A stretch of 20,000 bases of DNA. It comes from Xylographa opegraphella (taxonomy: Eukaryota). Below, one piece after another: positions 1 to 11,891 of this stretch. The position numbers were made by a program, and so were the translations under genes. Location of the stretch: the NCBI GenBank assembly GCA_022813865.1, contig JALDZX010000076.1:61051-81050 (forward strand), written 5' to 3'. Under the pieces are notes generated by a model. That model saw only the letters and a program-made list of their open reading frames with translations. It did not search any database and had not been told where the DNA came from. Every line of letters starts with the position of its first letter. Position 1 is the first letter of the stretch.

Positions 1-108
1 TGGCGAGCGCGCAGAAGGCCTGGCGAACTGGCGGGGGCAAGTGCGCTCTTGTGTGTTCTGGCCGACAGGGTTGTTGTTGTCGTCGTCGTCGTTGCTGGCT
101 CGTGAGCA

Positions 109-129
109 GATGGATGGATGGATAGATGG
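109..129. repeat. Short (GATG)n microsatellite
   Basis: gatggatggatggatagatgg. Confidence 0.6.
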
Positions 130-742
130 AGGTTGGGTTTGGAAGCCGTGGATGTTTTTGCCGTGCATTGGTGCGGGTGCGGTGCATAAGGGTTTTTTAT
201 GCGTCTTGGCATGCATGGGTGGGCAGGGATGCTAGGGCTGAGAACGAGATCGGACCGATGCTGCCATACGGAGATACAATAGGTATTGAAATGGAACGCT
301 CCAGCCCAACGTGATAGACGGTCGGGAATCTCGACTGTATAGAAGCCTGCTACGATGTCAATCTGCAAACTAGCCTGCCTTTTTGACTTTGATGGCTTTG
401 CACATCAGAATGCTACAGCCCAAGCCCTCGAAGGAACGCTGGCTTGATTCCCCGACACGAATACTTTACTGAAGCATCTGAACATAGCCAGGAAGCTCCA
501 GTGACCACGATACCAAGCCCCCACTGCACATGATGACTTCCACAGGAACTTGAGACGATCGACTCCATTAATTACCACGACACAAACGTAAACCTACTAA
601 AACACAGCCAAGAAGGTAAAACTAACCCCATCCCCTGTCATTTTCCACCATAATAAAATACCCGTGCCTTGCCCGCGCCTTGCCAACCCCATTATTCTCC
701 GTAGCATTACCGAGGTAACAAGCTCGGCCTTCTCCACGCTTT

Positions 743-3700
743 TCAGTAAATAATCTGAGGCTTCCCATGCTTCGCCGTCCCATTCCCAAGCCCATTATGC
801 CCGCCCGTCTTCCCCGACAGCGGACTCTTGCTCGGCAACCCATCCTCCCCCGCATGTGCCTCATGCTCCTCGTTATCCCCATGCAGAAGCCGATAAATGG
901 ACGCCATGCCCCAGTTGCTCACGGCCCTCATGGCGCCGACCCCCGGCCGTCGCGGTACGCCGTGGTACACGACCTCGCCCTGCTTGGTGATGTTCTCCGG
1001 GTCCACAAACTCCCATCGCTGCGGCGCGACGAACAAGCCCTTGGAGCCTGGCTTGTCCTCCTTGTTCCACTTCTCGATCGGCTGCGCGGCTTCGAAGTGC
1101 TTGTTGCCTTTGTACTCGCGCATGTTGAGGAGACGATCGACGATGCTCTTGTAGACAGCTTCGCTCTTGTCCCAGCCCCTAAGGCGCTGGTAGCTGTACT
1201 TGAGCAGGTCGAGGTGCCGCCGGGCGACTTGCGGGGTCACGGTGTCGATGGTCCTGTCGTCGTCATCGTCGCCTTCGACGATGAGGCGGAGGATGTCCTC
1301 GTGCACACCCATCGCTTCCCGGTAGTGGCCTACGGTCGAGTAAATCTGTGAGAGAAGCTCGAACATCTCGAGGGCTAGTGGATCGAGTGAGCCTTTGACG
1401 CGCCGGAGGTTGTAACAGATATCCTCGCACAGAGGGATTATATCCGACCCTTTCTGCAATTTGCAGTCGTTGGCTAGGAAGCGAGCCTGCACGTAGCGTT
1501 TGCCGATTGCGATTATGTCTTCCGAAGTCCAGCGTTTCTGAACTTCTCGAGACGACCATAACTCGTTGAGTAGCCACTATAGCATCACACGTTAGCAAAC
1601 CCCTCTTGCGCATATGCGGGAGCGGCAAACTTACCTGAAGGTCAGTATAATTTTGTTGTTCACCTAACAGACCCACGAGGTCGTTGAGCTCGCCCAGCTG
1701 CATCCGGACGAACTTAATGTTCGACTCTTTGCAGGCAGTGAGGATCTCGCGGATTATCGTTAGTGACAGATCCAGCATCTGTTTGTGAAGTTTAGGCTCG
1801 ATGGCTTTCTTTAGTGGTTGCCCTAGATTGCGTCCGGCCATGTAGGCCGAAAGTTTGAAGCCATGGCCGACGTTCTGTAGGTGGTGATAAGCACGCTTGT
1901 GGTGGATGAAGCGGAATGCACAGTACGCCACTTCGTAAGCCTCTTGGTGCTTGTCTTCGCGAAGAAGGCGCAAGACTTCGGTGTTGCTTGATATGCATGC
2001 GACGTCCCCAATCTCGATATCCCGCCTCACTCGTCCAATCTCCACGAGTAAGCTCACAACAAAGAGCGAGGTGATCTCCACCCTCGTTTGGATTATCGAC
2101 TCAAACTTCTTCACGAAAATCTTCATTATCTCTTCGTCAAGCGATGCGATTTGATCCGTACGGTGATGAATGACCAGGAATGCACGGAGACGAGCGCTGT
2201 GGGTTATGATTACTTCAATGCTGGCTTGCGATTTTATACATCGAGTGTACGACTCGTAGAGGGTTGCTTCGTTCAAGAGGCCGGCCATGATCTCGCTGTA
2301 GCTGATTGTGAGCGTACCGCGGAGTATTTCCTCAAAGGTTACCAGGTACACAAAAGCGACTCTGCCAACAGGCTTATCGAACTTGATGACCAGGCTGCTT
2401 CCCGATTTGCTTGTGCCGGTGATGATCCGCCTCCGAATCTCGACGAGAATCTCCTGGCCATAGTTACCAAGTTCGCAGAGGACAAAGATCGAGCCCATGA
2501 TTTTGGCGGCTTCGTGCAGAGTTCTGGAGTGCTTTTCCTTTGAGATGATCTCAAGTGTTGTCTGAAGAAGCATATTCATGATTATCTTATGAGACTCCTG
2601 AGTTTTCAGCTTACTGTATAAGATAACAAGCTCACGAAGGACGGTAAGGGTTTCAACCCTGGCGCAGCCCAAGGTAATTTTGAGATACTCGAACCGTTCG
2701 ACAAGTACCTTGATGGCCCTTTCGATGATCGTCGTCGAAGTAGAGCCATGAGAGCACACCACAATGTATGCTTTTGTGAGACTCTCTTTGATAGTCGTCG
2801 TGGTCGTTGTGGAGACTGTAGTTGTCGTCGTCGTAGTTGACGTAGTCGTCGTTGTCTTGGTCAATACCTTCGCAAGTTAGCCCAAATTACGGGATCTGAG
2901 TTTGTGAACGCCTACCTCTTCATATGTCGATATCGCTTCGTGGTAGTATTTCTCATGCCGCATACAGATGTGAGCAAATTCCAGCAATGCCTGAATCGTG
3001 ATAGCGACAGCAGCCCCAAAGACCTTTTTACAAGTATCACGGTACTGGATGGTGATTGTTCGAAGTACTTCGTATTCACAGTGGAAGTGGTGCTCGAGCA
3101 CATAACGATATCGCATATATAGGAGCTCAATGAAGGACGCCTCAAATTTGTGCTCGTGATGGTGATGGATGTAGGTCTCCCACAATACGACGCAGACACT
3201 CCTAAGCTTGTGCCAAAGACCACCTTCATAGTAACTGCGACATAGAATGGTCATAGCGTCCATAGCGCCATGATGACACACGGTCGAGTCTCCGTTGAGG
3301 ACAATGATGATCTCCTCATAATACTCATGGTAATTCCCGTGTCCATGTTCAGAGCACAACGAGCCTAGGATATAAAGGGTCTTTATGGTCAACACGTGGG
3401 ATGACCCCAAGTGCTTGCGATACTCGGTCAGCAATTCTTGATAGATGGTGATCATCTTGTGCCAGTGCCGGTGCTCTTCGTAGAACTTAATGAGTATCGT
3501 GGAGCTCCTGGTCAAGCGCTCGTCGTGAATATGACACGAGTTGAAACATGCGCGGTAGATGCGGACATATATTTCTTCTGCCTCGTGGTAGTGATGCGCA
3601 CGAAGATGAGAGATTGCCAGGAAGATAGCAATATCGATGGCTTCGGTGCCAAACTCTCTAGGCAGCGCACACGTACCGCCCCCAGATATAATCATTTTCC

Positions 3701-6700
3701 AAATCAGGGTCAACGACCTCTCGGTGACTTCGATGGCCCGAGCCCACTGCTCCAGCTTCATGTAATACGAGATCAGACTTTTGCAAATGGATATCGTCTC
3801 AGAGGTCACCGTCGTACGAGAAATGGTAGACTCAAAGATCTCTTTGATTACGGTTTCTGTTGTCGTGGTAGTCGTCGAGGTAGTTGTGGAGACAGTTGTT
3901 GTGGATGTAGTCGTGATGATCTCCTCAACGGTAGATGAAATCAAAACCTCGCAAGATGCCACATGCTCGTGCTTACCGTGAGAGCTGAACCACGACCAAC
4001 ATTTCTTGAACACTGAGACTGCTATCGACAAGAGACTGACTGCACGCATGATTTCTCCAACGATTTTTAGTCGTAAAAAGATCACTTCAGACTCGAAGTC
4101 GTATTCTTCGTACTCGGCCCAAATGCAAATTAGTATGCCAGCAGCTTCCTCGTGTCGGCCGCGACGTCGTAAGAATCGCACATACTCCAGGGCAATATCG
4201 ATCATTGATATGTGAATCTCGACCCCATGATGATGATGATCGTGATGGCAATGTTTGACCATGCGCTCCCATAGGACAACGTAGAGCTCTTCGGCCATGA
4301 GATAGTCATTACGTGCCTCGTAGGACACAGCCAACTCCAGGGTGATCTTGATGCGACGGACATCCCACACCTCCATCTCCATGGTAGTCTCGAAGATGCC
4401 CTTTTCGTACTCAATTACCTCCTCTTGCTTACCGCCCTTCTTGAGGACGATCGTGAGTTGTTCCGAGATATTAGTCTCTTCCTCAGAGCCTTTGCCATGA
4501 CGAGTAATGATGATCTCGCGAAGCTCCCGCCAGATGATTTCGGCTTCGTGCTCCTCATGGATGTCAACATAAAGTTGTGCAAGCACTTTGTAGTACCGAA
4601 TCACTATGTCACTAGTTTTTCCATATTGATGCTTGCAGGCAACGATGATGTACTTGAGCATCTCTTCCTTGCGGGAAACAAATTCAGTACGTGAGGTTGT
4701 CGTAATACTCTCCGTTACGGTTAGGAATGTGGTCGTGCAGGTGATGGTAATGTTGTGATATTTGCTAAGAATGCTCTGCCCAATGGACCCAGCACGATAA
4801 TAGCAAGTACCTGCTTGCGTGATGTTCGATAGCTTCTTGTGGAGACTACCACAGATGATCAGGGTCTGCAGGACCGACTCGTGCTTCTCGGTGAAAACGT
4901 GCTCACGGACCCGGAGGGCGAGGTCATGCATGCCAATGGCTTCGATAGCGGACGTCTGAGCTTCCCAGCATGCCCATTCCAGCAACGCGAGACGCGTTGA
5001 GCTTGGAAAGATAGCTTTGAACTCATTGGAAAGCTCGATAGTGCCGGAAGCGTTAGCGTAAGAGGACCTGCGGAAGTGGACAGTCCAGTTCCTGATTGCA
5101 TAGTCCAGCAGCGGATATTGATTGAAGAGTTCCCTGACTTCAGCCATGTCTACGGATTGAAACGTAACCTCGTACTTCTTCGTCAGAATGAACTTGCAAT
5201 AGGCAAGGACTCGGTGGACAAGGTCCGTTTCTGCATGGTCATGTTTCAGCTTCTTCTTCTCCTCGGCTTTCAATTCCATAAGATATGATCGGATGGCTGA
5301 GTGTCGTAATCTGACGACTCCGTTCTGCACGACCACCAGAAATCCGCCGGCATGCTTGATATCTTCATTGATGTCCGTCTTTCTCTCAGTATAGCTTGCC
5401 TTTGCAGGATCAACCTGGAGGAGACACTTGACTTCAGCAACGGTGAGCGGTCTTTCTGTAACTACTAGTAAAGACAGAAGGAGCTTGGCATCGGATTTTG
5501 TGAAATCCAAAGCATTGAATAGCTTTTCGATGGTTTTATTCAATGTCAACGGAGCATCTTTGACTGTCTCTACAGCTTTTCTGAAGCCGTCGTGAGAAGT
5601 CTCTTGCCTCAAGGATGCCGTGGTCAGGCTGGCCCACAAGAAATTACCTTTGGCAGCATGAGCCAAACACTCGACGACTTTCTCCCGAGCGTGCTCTTCT
5701 TGGTCACGAAAGTGCGGGTAGTGGCGGAGGGCACGTTCGATCAGGTGATGGATATCGTTGTGAGTATGATCTGCTGTAATCTGCAGTCTTTGAATTTTCG
5801 AAGAGCTGGAGGAGGTCCCATTTCTTGAGAGAAGAACAGTTCGCACACGACTGTTCTCCACAGCAAGGCGTTCCAGGCGGTTACGGACAGCCGATTCACC
5901 ATCTTTACCACCCTTGATTTCGTCCAATCCATCAACGATGATCATCAGATCGTCCGATTTCTTGACGAAGTCTTTCAGACCAACCTTCAAGGCATCCCAT
6001 AGGGTATTCTCAAGATCTTTGATATCTTTGGGCTTCGTAGCCATGTTATATGCCTTGATCAATGCTGCGAATAAATCTTTGTCGCCTACATTGCTCTCGA
6101 GAAGCTGCAATAGGAGATTTTTAACAACTGCAAGAGAGCTGGTCTCGCTCGGGATGTCCGCTTCTGGAATGAGCGTCAGCAATTGGTAAATGATGACCTT
6201 GGATAGGGATTGACGGGAGATGTCAGAGAAGTAGGAAATACTATGAGCATACCAATGGTGTAAAACAGCGTCTGGTATACTTTTTTGCCCAGCGGTCGCT
6301 GGAGTCTGTCAACAATCCATCCGGACAGAACACTCTTCCCGCAACCTGCCGGTGCAGTTATCTCTAAGATGTCCTTGTTGTCACTACGGGAGAAGTCAAG
6401 CAAGTGCCGCTGAAACCACTCGCAGCTGTATTCGGCACGGTGACTTCTGGCGGCCAAGCGGTCGCTGATTATGGTTCGTAGCGTTCGATCTTGGACGCCT
6501 AGCCACTTTCGCATGGTTTTCACTTTGACAGTGAAATCCCCTCCTAGCGTGTACTCCCACATGTAGTCGGTGATACTATTCTTGTGGCTGTAAAAGGCAT
6601 CCATCTGGCGACCAAAGACACCGTTGAAGTCGAGGACGACTTCGATCGTCGACATCCCGGTAATCCTTACATAGTAAACATGCCCAACATCTCTTACAAG

Positions 6701-7712
6701 CATGAGCAGAGCATTAAACGCTTGACCTACCTCTCTCCGAATGTTATCGGTGGCAGAGAGGAGTTTGTTATGGCGTAGGAAGAATGACAGCGACAGTCCA
6801 AGTTTGTAGAATACGCCAAACGTGGTTTCAAGAGCTCCTGCATTTCCAGGTCCAAGCTTGATGCTTGGTTAGTAACTGACGCTCAATAAGGGGGGAAATC
6901 TCACCTCAAGCAAAACACGACATGCAGCCAGAATGAGTTTGGAGGCATCTTTGCTATCTGGAACGAAGGGCTCCACAACGCTCGAATAGCCAGATACCTG
7001 AAGCGCGAAGAACTCGGCCCACTTCAAAACCTTGTCCCATCTACTACCTCTGTGGGGCATGGAAGTAAGCCGTTCCCGCTCGATGTACTTGAGGAAGCCA
7101 CCGATGGAGATACTGCTGATGTAATGCTCGTCCACATAATCGAAATCTTCAATGAATTTTGCCCATGTGGATACGACTGTTTCATGTAGGACTGTTATCT
7201 GTTGATCCTTCGAGAAGTGGACTTTGGTCTCGGTTTTTGTCTTCGTTGTGCTCGTACGGGATTCCGAGCCTACATGGAGCGAAGCTGCGTTAGCGAGTTT
7301 TCTGGAGAAATCAAGCATTGCAGAGACGAACTGGTGACTTGGGTTTCATGATGGCTCTCGGTGTGGTTACTATGGTGGCTGCTCGAGGTAACAGTAGTGC
7401 CGTTCGTGTAGCCATTCGTTGTACCGTTCGCTCTCTCCGGCACTACTGGCTGCGGTAGAGATGGTTTGGAAGTCATTGTAAGGTGTGACATTTCTGTGTC
7501 TGGGTGGCTGCCGTTGGTGGCAGCATTAGGTTGAGCCATGGGATCTGAATCTGGATAGTTCTTCGTGCCGCCGGTTCCCGGTGCTGTATTACTTGATGAG
7601 CTCGGAGTTCTTCTGGCTACGGAAACTGTTAGCTGGCTCAATGTAGCTGGAGAAAGAAGGGGAGTGGAAAGCCGGCTCACGTACGGAGTGGGCTACCGCG
7701 AAGTCCCAACAT
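743..7712 (-). CDS. Large NACHT-domain (STAND NTPase, fungal NLR-like) protein with C-terminal TPR-like helical repeats; about 2198 aa, 7 exons: 7712-7685, 7616-7332, 7269-6905, 6856-6253, 6163-2916, 2867-1635, 1576-743
   Basis: Six GT..AG introns (7617-7684, 7270-7331, 6857-6904, 6164-6252, 2868-2915, 1577-1634), each with a CTAAC/CTGAC branch site, join the ORF-track segments with consistent phase into 6597 nt with no internal stop. Walker A APAGCGKS (6332-6355), Walker B LMIIVDGLDE, NACHT-associated AKGNFLWASL, RPLTVAE and VRLRHSAIRSYL motifs. Repeated KLC-type TPR motifs (FTEKHESVLQTL, LGSSHVLTIKTL, LGCARVETLTVL, KGSLDPLALEM). Exon 1 (MLGLRGSPL) is the least certain part; an alternative ATG lies in exon 2. 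Confidence 0.9.
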
Positions 7713-9513
7713 GCTCGACCATATGGTAAAGCAGCTGCAACAACATCTACGTTGAGATTTGTGCAGACTTGGCATCAAGCATTTTCAATGGAACGGACAA
7801 GAGATATAGGGGGAGCGTGACCAGAAATATATATTCGAAAGCATGAACTTATGAGCAAGGATCCAAGCAGATGTGAATCGAGCTGCGCACTTTCTTTGCC
7901 AATGGCATTGGCAGCACGCTAGACCTTGGGTACTCGGGAGACATTTGCAGTGGTCTGGACCTCTCGACGCAAGCCATGCCGCCTGCCTCGGTGACAGGCT
8001 GTAACCAGATTGGCCGAAGTGGAACGCCGCGACAGCTGGATGTGCACGTCGAATGCTCCGTAGAGCCAATATTCAGCCATGATACCGTAGAGCGGCAAGG
8101 GTAGCTATGAGACGGTGCGGGCTGGAACGTTGCTTGTTCGGCAAAGCCTTCACGGGAAGCCCAGTAAGAACCCAAAAGGAGCAATACACCTCGATCCTCC
8201 CATCACAGACTCATTGGCTCAAACATGCCTCGCTGTAACCAGGTTTGCTGCAGGTGGCCTCTGAAACGGCCAAAGCATAGCGAGACTTGCGTCCATTGGT
8301 TATGCTGCACTGGGTATCAATTGTCCAACCGTGACAAGGCTCCATGAGTACTGGGTACCGAGGGGTATCCGTAAGCCGAGTGGGTTGAATAGTCGGCGGA
8401 GCGTGCCGGGAGAAGGTGACTAGTTGAGAGGAGAAGCATTATTGCGAAATCGACCGTACTCTAGACTTGACGGAGCCAGGTTGACTGCGGTCAAGCGCAA
8501 GTTGCGAGATCCGGCCAGACGGGTTGGAGGCGCCAATTAGCGTCGCTTGCGTCCGAATTGGGCGGCAGTCAGCCAGCCACAAGTCGGCCAGGAGGTGGAG
8601 CTAAGGTCTGGATCACTGCGACGAAGCGGACGATCGTTGCCCGATTGGCAAGAGGTTCGAGGCGTGGCTGGCTGGAGACGCGCAGAAAGGAAAGGCTTGC
8701 ATGATGGGGAATTGCATCGCATCTGATAAGAAGGCGAGAATCAGCTTCCTGCAGCGAGTGGGTAGCAGTTGGTCGTGGTTGGAACACACAACGTGAGGCC
8801 GGTGGAATGAGGCCGATGCATATCGCCAGCGATATCAAGACCGTCGGAGCTCGTGTGGAAGTGAGGTCTACCAAGTATTCCAAGACTAATAAGGACTTGA
8901 TGGAAGAGCTTTGAATGTTGAGCCCGAAGACTTTTCCACACTTGTTCATAGCAGTCCGCTTGATTAAGGTACGGAGCGTAAGGTAGCAGCGTTCTGAAGA
9001 ATGCACGTGCATGCCACGATGCTAGCGATGAAGCGAGCGGGGCCGCCGCGCGCTCAATATCGGCGCTACGGAGCGGCCCAGAGCGAATACGGCTTAGCGG
9101 AGATGCTGCAGGGTCTAGGAGGGCGGATCACATCAACCACCCCGCTCCAAAGCACGTAGAGTCGAATCGAATCTGTATATATTGCGCCTCTGTAGATACA
9201 GATGGCCGCAATCACGGAGCTGCCGTGTCTCATTTCGTAGCTGGCTCACTGCTTGAAGAAAATGGTCGGTCTCAGGGGTGCTGTGGAGTGGTGGGATGCA
9301 GGATGCGTGAAGACATGGGAGCTGGGCGAACCTGAGGAAAGCTGAGGAAGGAAGAGAGATACAGGGACTGTGGGATTCAGCGTCTATCAGCCCGGTGGCG
9401 GAGGCCATGGCTCATAGAGATATCTCTTCAAGTGCAACAGAAGACCACTTACCGTATGGGGATTAGTGGCCCACTCTATTCGTACCTTATCGTAAAGGGC
9501 CTAGCTCTTCGTG

Positions 9514-9551
9514 ACGCGTACGGTATCCAACCCAAGCGCGTCGCATCGCGT
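9514..9551. promoter_or_regulatory. MCB (MluI cell-cycle box) cluster upstream of PRI1
   Basis: Perfect ACGCGT at 9514-9519 plus GCGCGT (9536-9541) and TCGCGT (9546-9551), 50-90 bp upstream of the primase ATG. MBF/MCB control of replication genes is established in ascomycetes. Confidence 0.6.
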
Positions 9552-9603
9552 CTCCCTGACACCAGAAGAAGTGATCAATCGACATCTCCATCTCCACCCA
9601 GCA

Positions 9604-11360
9604 ATGCCGCACTCGATCTCGCCCGAAGCTTCGCCCGTCGAAGACAGCATTCTCCCAGACGCGCCCGCAAACCCGCTCGTCGAACATGCACACTCGGAAA
9701 ACGGCAGTGATGACTCGGCCGCAGATGCACCAGCGCGTCCCCCAGCGTCCAACGTCACGCTCAAGCCCGAGGATCTTTTCATGACCGACGACGAAGACGA
9801 TGAAGAATTCCCCATGTCGAGCGCCCCGACCGGTGAGGCGAAGGAAGTCGGGAGTTGTCCGCCGGTGGCGGTGTCAGTGTAAGCTGTTCTTTTTGGGGGC
9901 ATCGCAGTACACGAGGAGCGCTTTTTCGCTGATGGCTACAGGCCGCTGGCACCGTCGGCCAAATTCACCGATCCGGAGGTGATGCTGGCGTTTTACCAGC
10001 GCCTCTTCCCGTTCCGCCCTCTCTTCCAATGGCTCAATCACTCCATGAAACCCTCCAACGATTTCGCCCACCGGGAATTCGCCTTCACATTGGCCAACGA
10101 AGCCTATCTCCGCTATCTCAGTTTCCCCAGCTCCGACCTGTAAGCCTCCCACTTATTTCGGCCATGTCTCCATCATCAAGGTCGAGCTACCACAAACAGC
10201 ACCGCAACTGACCCCACCACAGTCTCCGGAAAGAAGTCCTCCGCCTCAACCCGGCCCGCTTCGAAATCGGCCCCGTCTACAGCACGAACCCTCGAGACCG
10301 AAAGACGCTCCGCAAAGCCAGCACCTTCAAGCCCATCGCCAAGGAACTGGTCTTCGACATCGATCTGACGGACTACGACGACATCCGCACGTGCTGCGAC
10401 AAGGCCAACATCTGCCACAAGTGCTGGATCTTCGTGACCATGGCGATCAAAGTGGTCGACGCCGCGCTCCGGGAGGACTTCGGCTTCGAACACATACTGT
10501 GGGTGTATTCCGGGCGCCGAGGCGTGCACGCGTGGATCAGCGATAAGAAAGCCCGGGAGATGGACGACGGGAAGCGGAGAGCGCTGGCGGGCTATTTGGA
10601 GGTCATCAAGGGCGGCAGCCAGAGTGGCAAGAAGGTGAATGTCAGGCGGCCCCTGCACCCGCATCTTGTGTAAGCTTGCCACCCCCGCTCTCACGCTCAC
10701 GCCTCGATTCTTATACTAAACCCAAACCCTAGCCGAAGTCTCGACATCCTAAAGGACCACTTCCAAAAAGACATCCTCGAAGCCCAAGACCCGTGGTCCA
10801 CCGCCGACAAAACCGAGCGCCTCCTGCACCTCCTCCCGGACAAAGCCCTCACCGACGCCCTCCGCAAGAAATGGGACTCGGCCCCGGGCCGCTCGAGCGC
10901 GAGCAAATGGGCGGACATCGACGCGCTGGCCAAAGCGGGCGCCAGCCGCACGCTGGACGGCCGGGCCCTGCTCGAAGCCAAGAAGGACATCGTGCTCGAG
11001 TACACGTACCCGCGCCTCGACGTCGAGGTCAGCAAGAAGCTCATCCACCTGCTGAAGGCGCCCTTCGTCGTCCACCCCAAGACGGGCCGCGTCTGCGTCC
11101 CCATCGACACCGGCCGCCTCGACCGCTTCGATCCCCTCGCCGTGCCCACCGTGACGGAGCTGCTGGGCGAGATCGACGCGTGGGATGCGGGCGGCGGCAA
11201 GGAGGAAGGGGTGGGCGCGGAGGGGAAGCCGCTGCTGGACTACGAGAAGACGAGCTTGCGCCCGTATGTGGAGTTCTTCAAGACCTACGTCGCGGGGCTG
11301 CTGCGCGACGAGCGCGGGGTGAAGCGGGAGCGGGACGAGGGCGATGCGATGGAGTTCTGA
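9604..11360 (+). CDS. PRI1: DNA primase small (catalytic) subunit; 515 aa, exons 9604-9878, 9942-10139, 10223-10669, 10733-11360
   Basis: Spliced product contains FYQRLFPF, HREFAFTL, RFEIGPVY, catalytic KELVFDIDLTDYDDIRTCC..ICHKCW (Zn knuckle), WVYSGRRGVHAWI, YPRLDVEVSK and HLLKAPFVVHPKTGRVCVPID. Three GTAAGC...AG introns (9879-9941, 10140-10222, 10670-10732) keep the frame. Acidic N-terminal extension. Confidence 0.97.
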
Positions 11361-11891
11361 GAGCTGGGCTTTGTGTCGGGACGGCGTTTGATGGTCTGTG
11401 GGCATCGTGGCGGCGTTGGGTGTCGAAAGGGGAGGAAGAGGTCCTCCACTGCTCTTTCGACATTTCTGTAGCATTTGCGGGACTCGATCCACGATAGCAT
11501 AAGCACATTTCCCCGTTCGCCTCCACCGCCATCAAGGCCTGTCACCTTGGTGCTTGCTGCTTTCCTCCGCTTCGCCGCGCCTTCCGTCGCCATGCTTCAC
11601 GCACGCACCTTCCTCGTGCCCTTTCCGCTCCGCGGCCATGTATCTCGACGCATCCCTCATGCACGCGCTTCACGCATGTTTCCCACGCCCCATCTTCACA
11701 CTTAGGACATCGATCTAGCACAAGCGCATTTTCTACAGCCCCATCCTTCCCGTTAACATTCGTTCCAGCTCCGCAGCATCTAAAGAGTATACATCACGTC
11801 AGCTATCAGTCGAGACCACAGACATACCACCATTCCTTCAAGGGCACGAAGAACCGAACTCATTCCTACCATAACCTCCCTCGCCTGCATC

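Noticed and set aside
743..7680. Treating the six minus-strand ORFs as separate genes or as a frameshifted pseudogene
   Set aside because: Canonical introns with correct phases join them into one uninterrupted CDS.
9171..9203. Small inverted repeat (atctgtat...atacagat)
   Set aside because: Only an 8-bp stem; within chance expectation and not associated with any feature.
7785..9408. Short ORFs (61-147 aa) in the divergent intergenic region between the NACHT gene and PRI1
   Set aside because: No domain motifs, no convincing splice structure or codon bias; most likely promoter/UTR sequence, though a lncRNA cannot be excluded.
10176..11593. Several antisense and alternative-frame ORFs over PRI1 (174, 167, 247, 234 aa)
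   Set aside because: Shadow ORFs of a high-GC3 gene; the primase frame explains the region.
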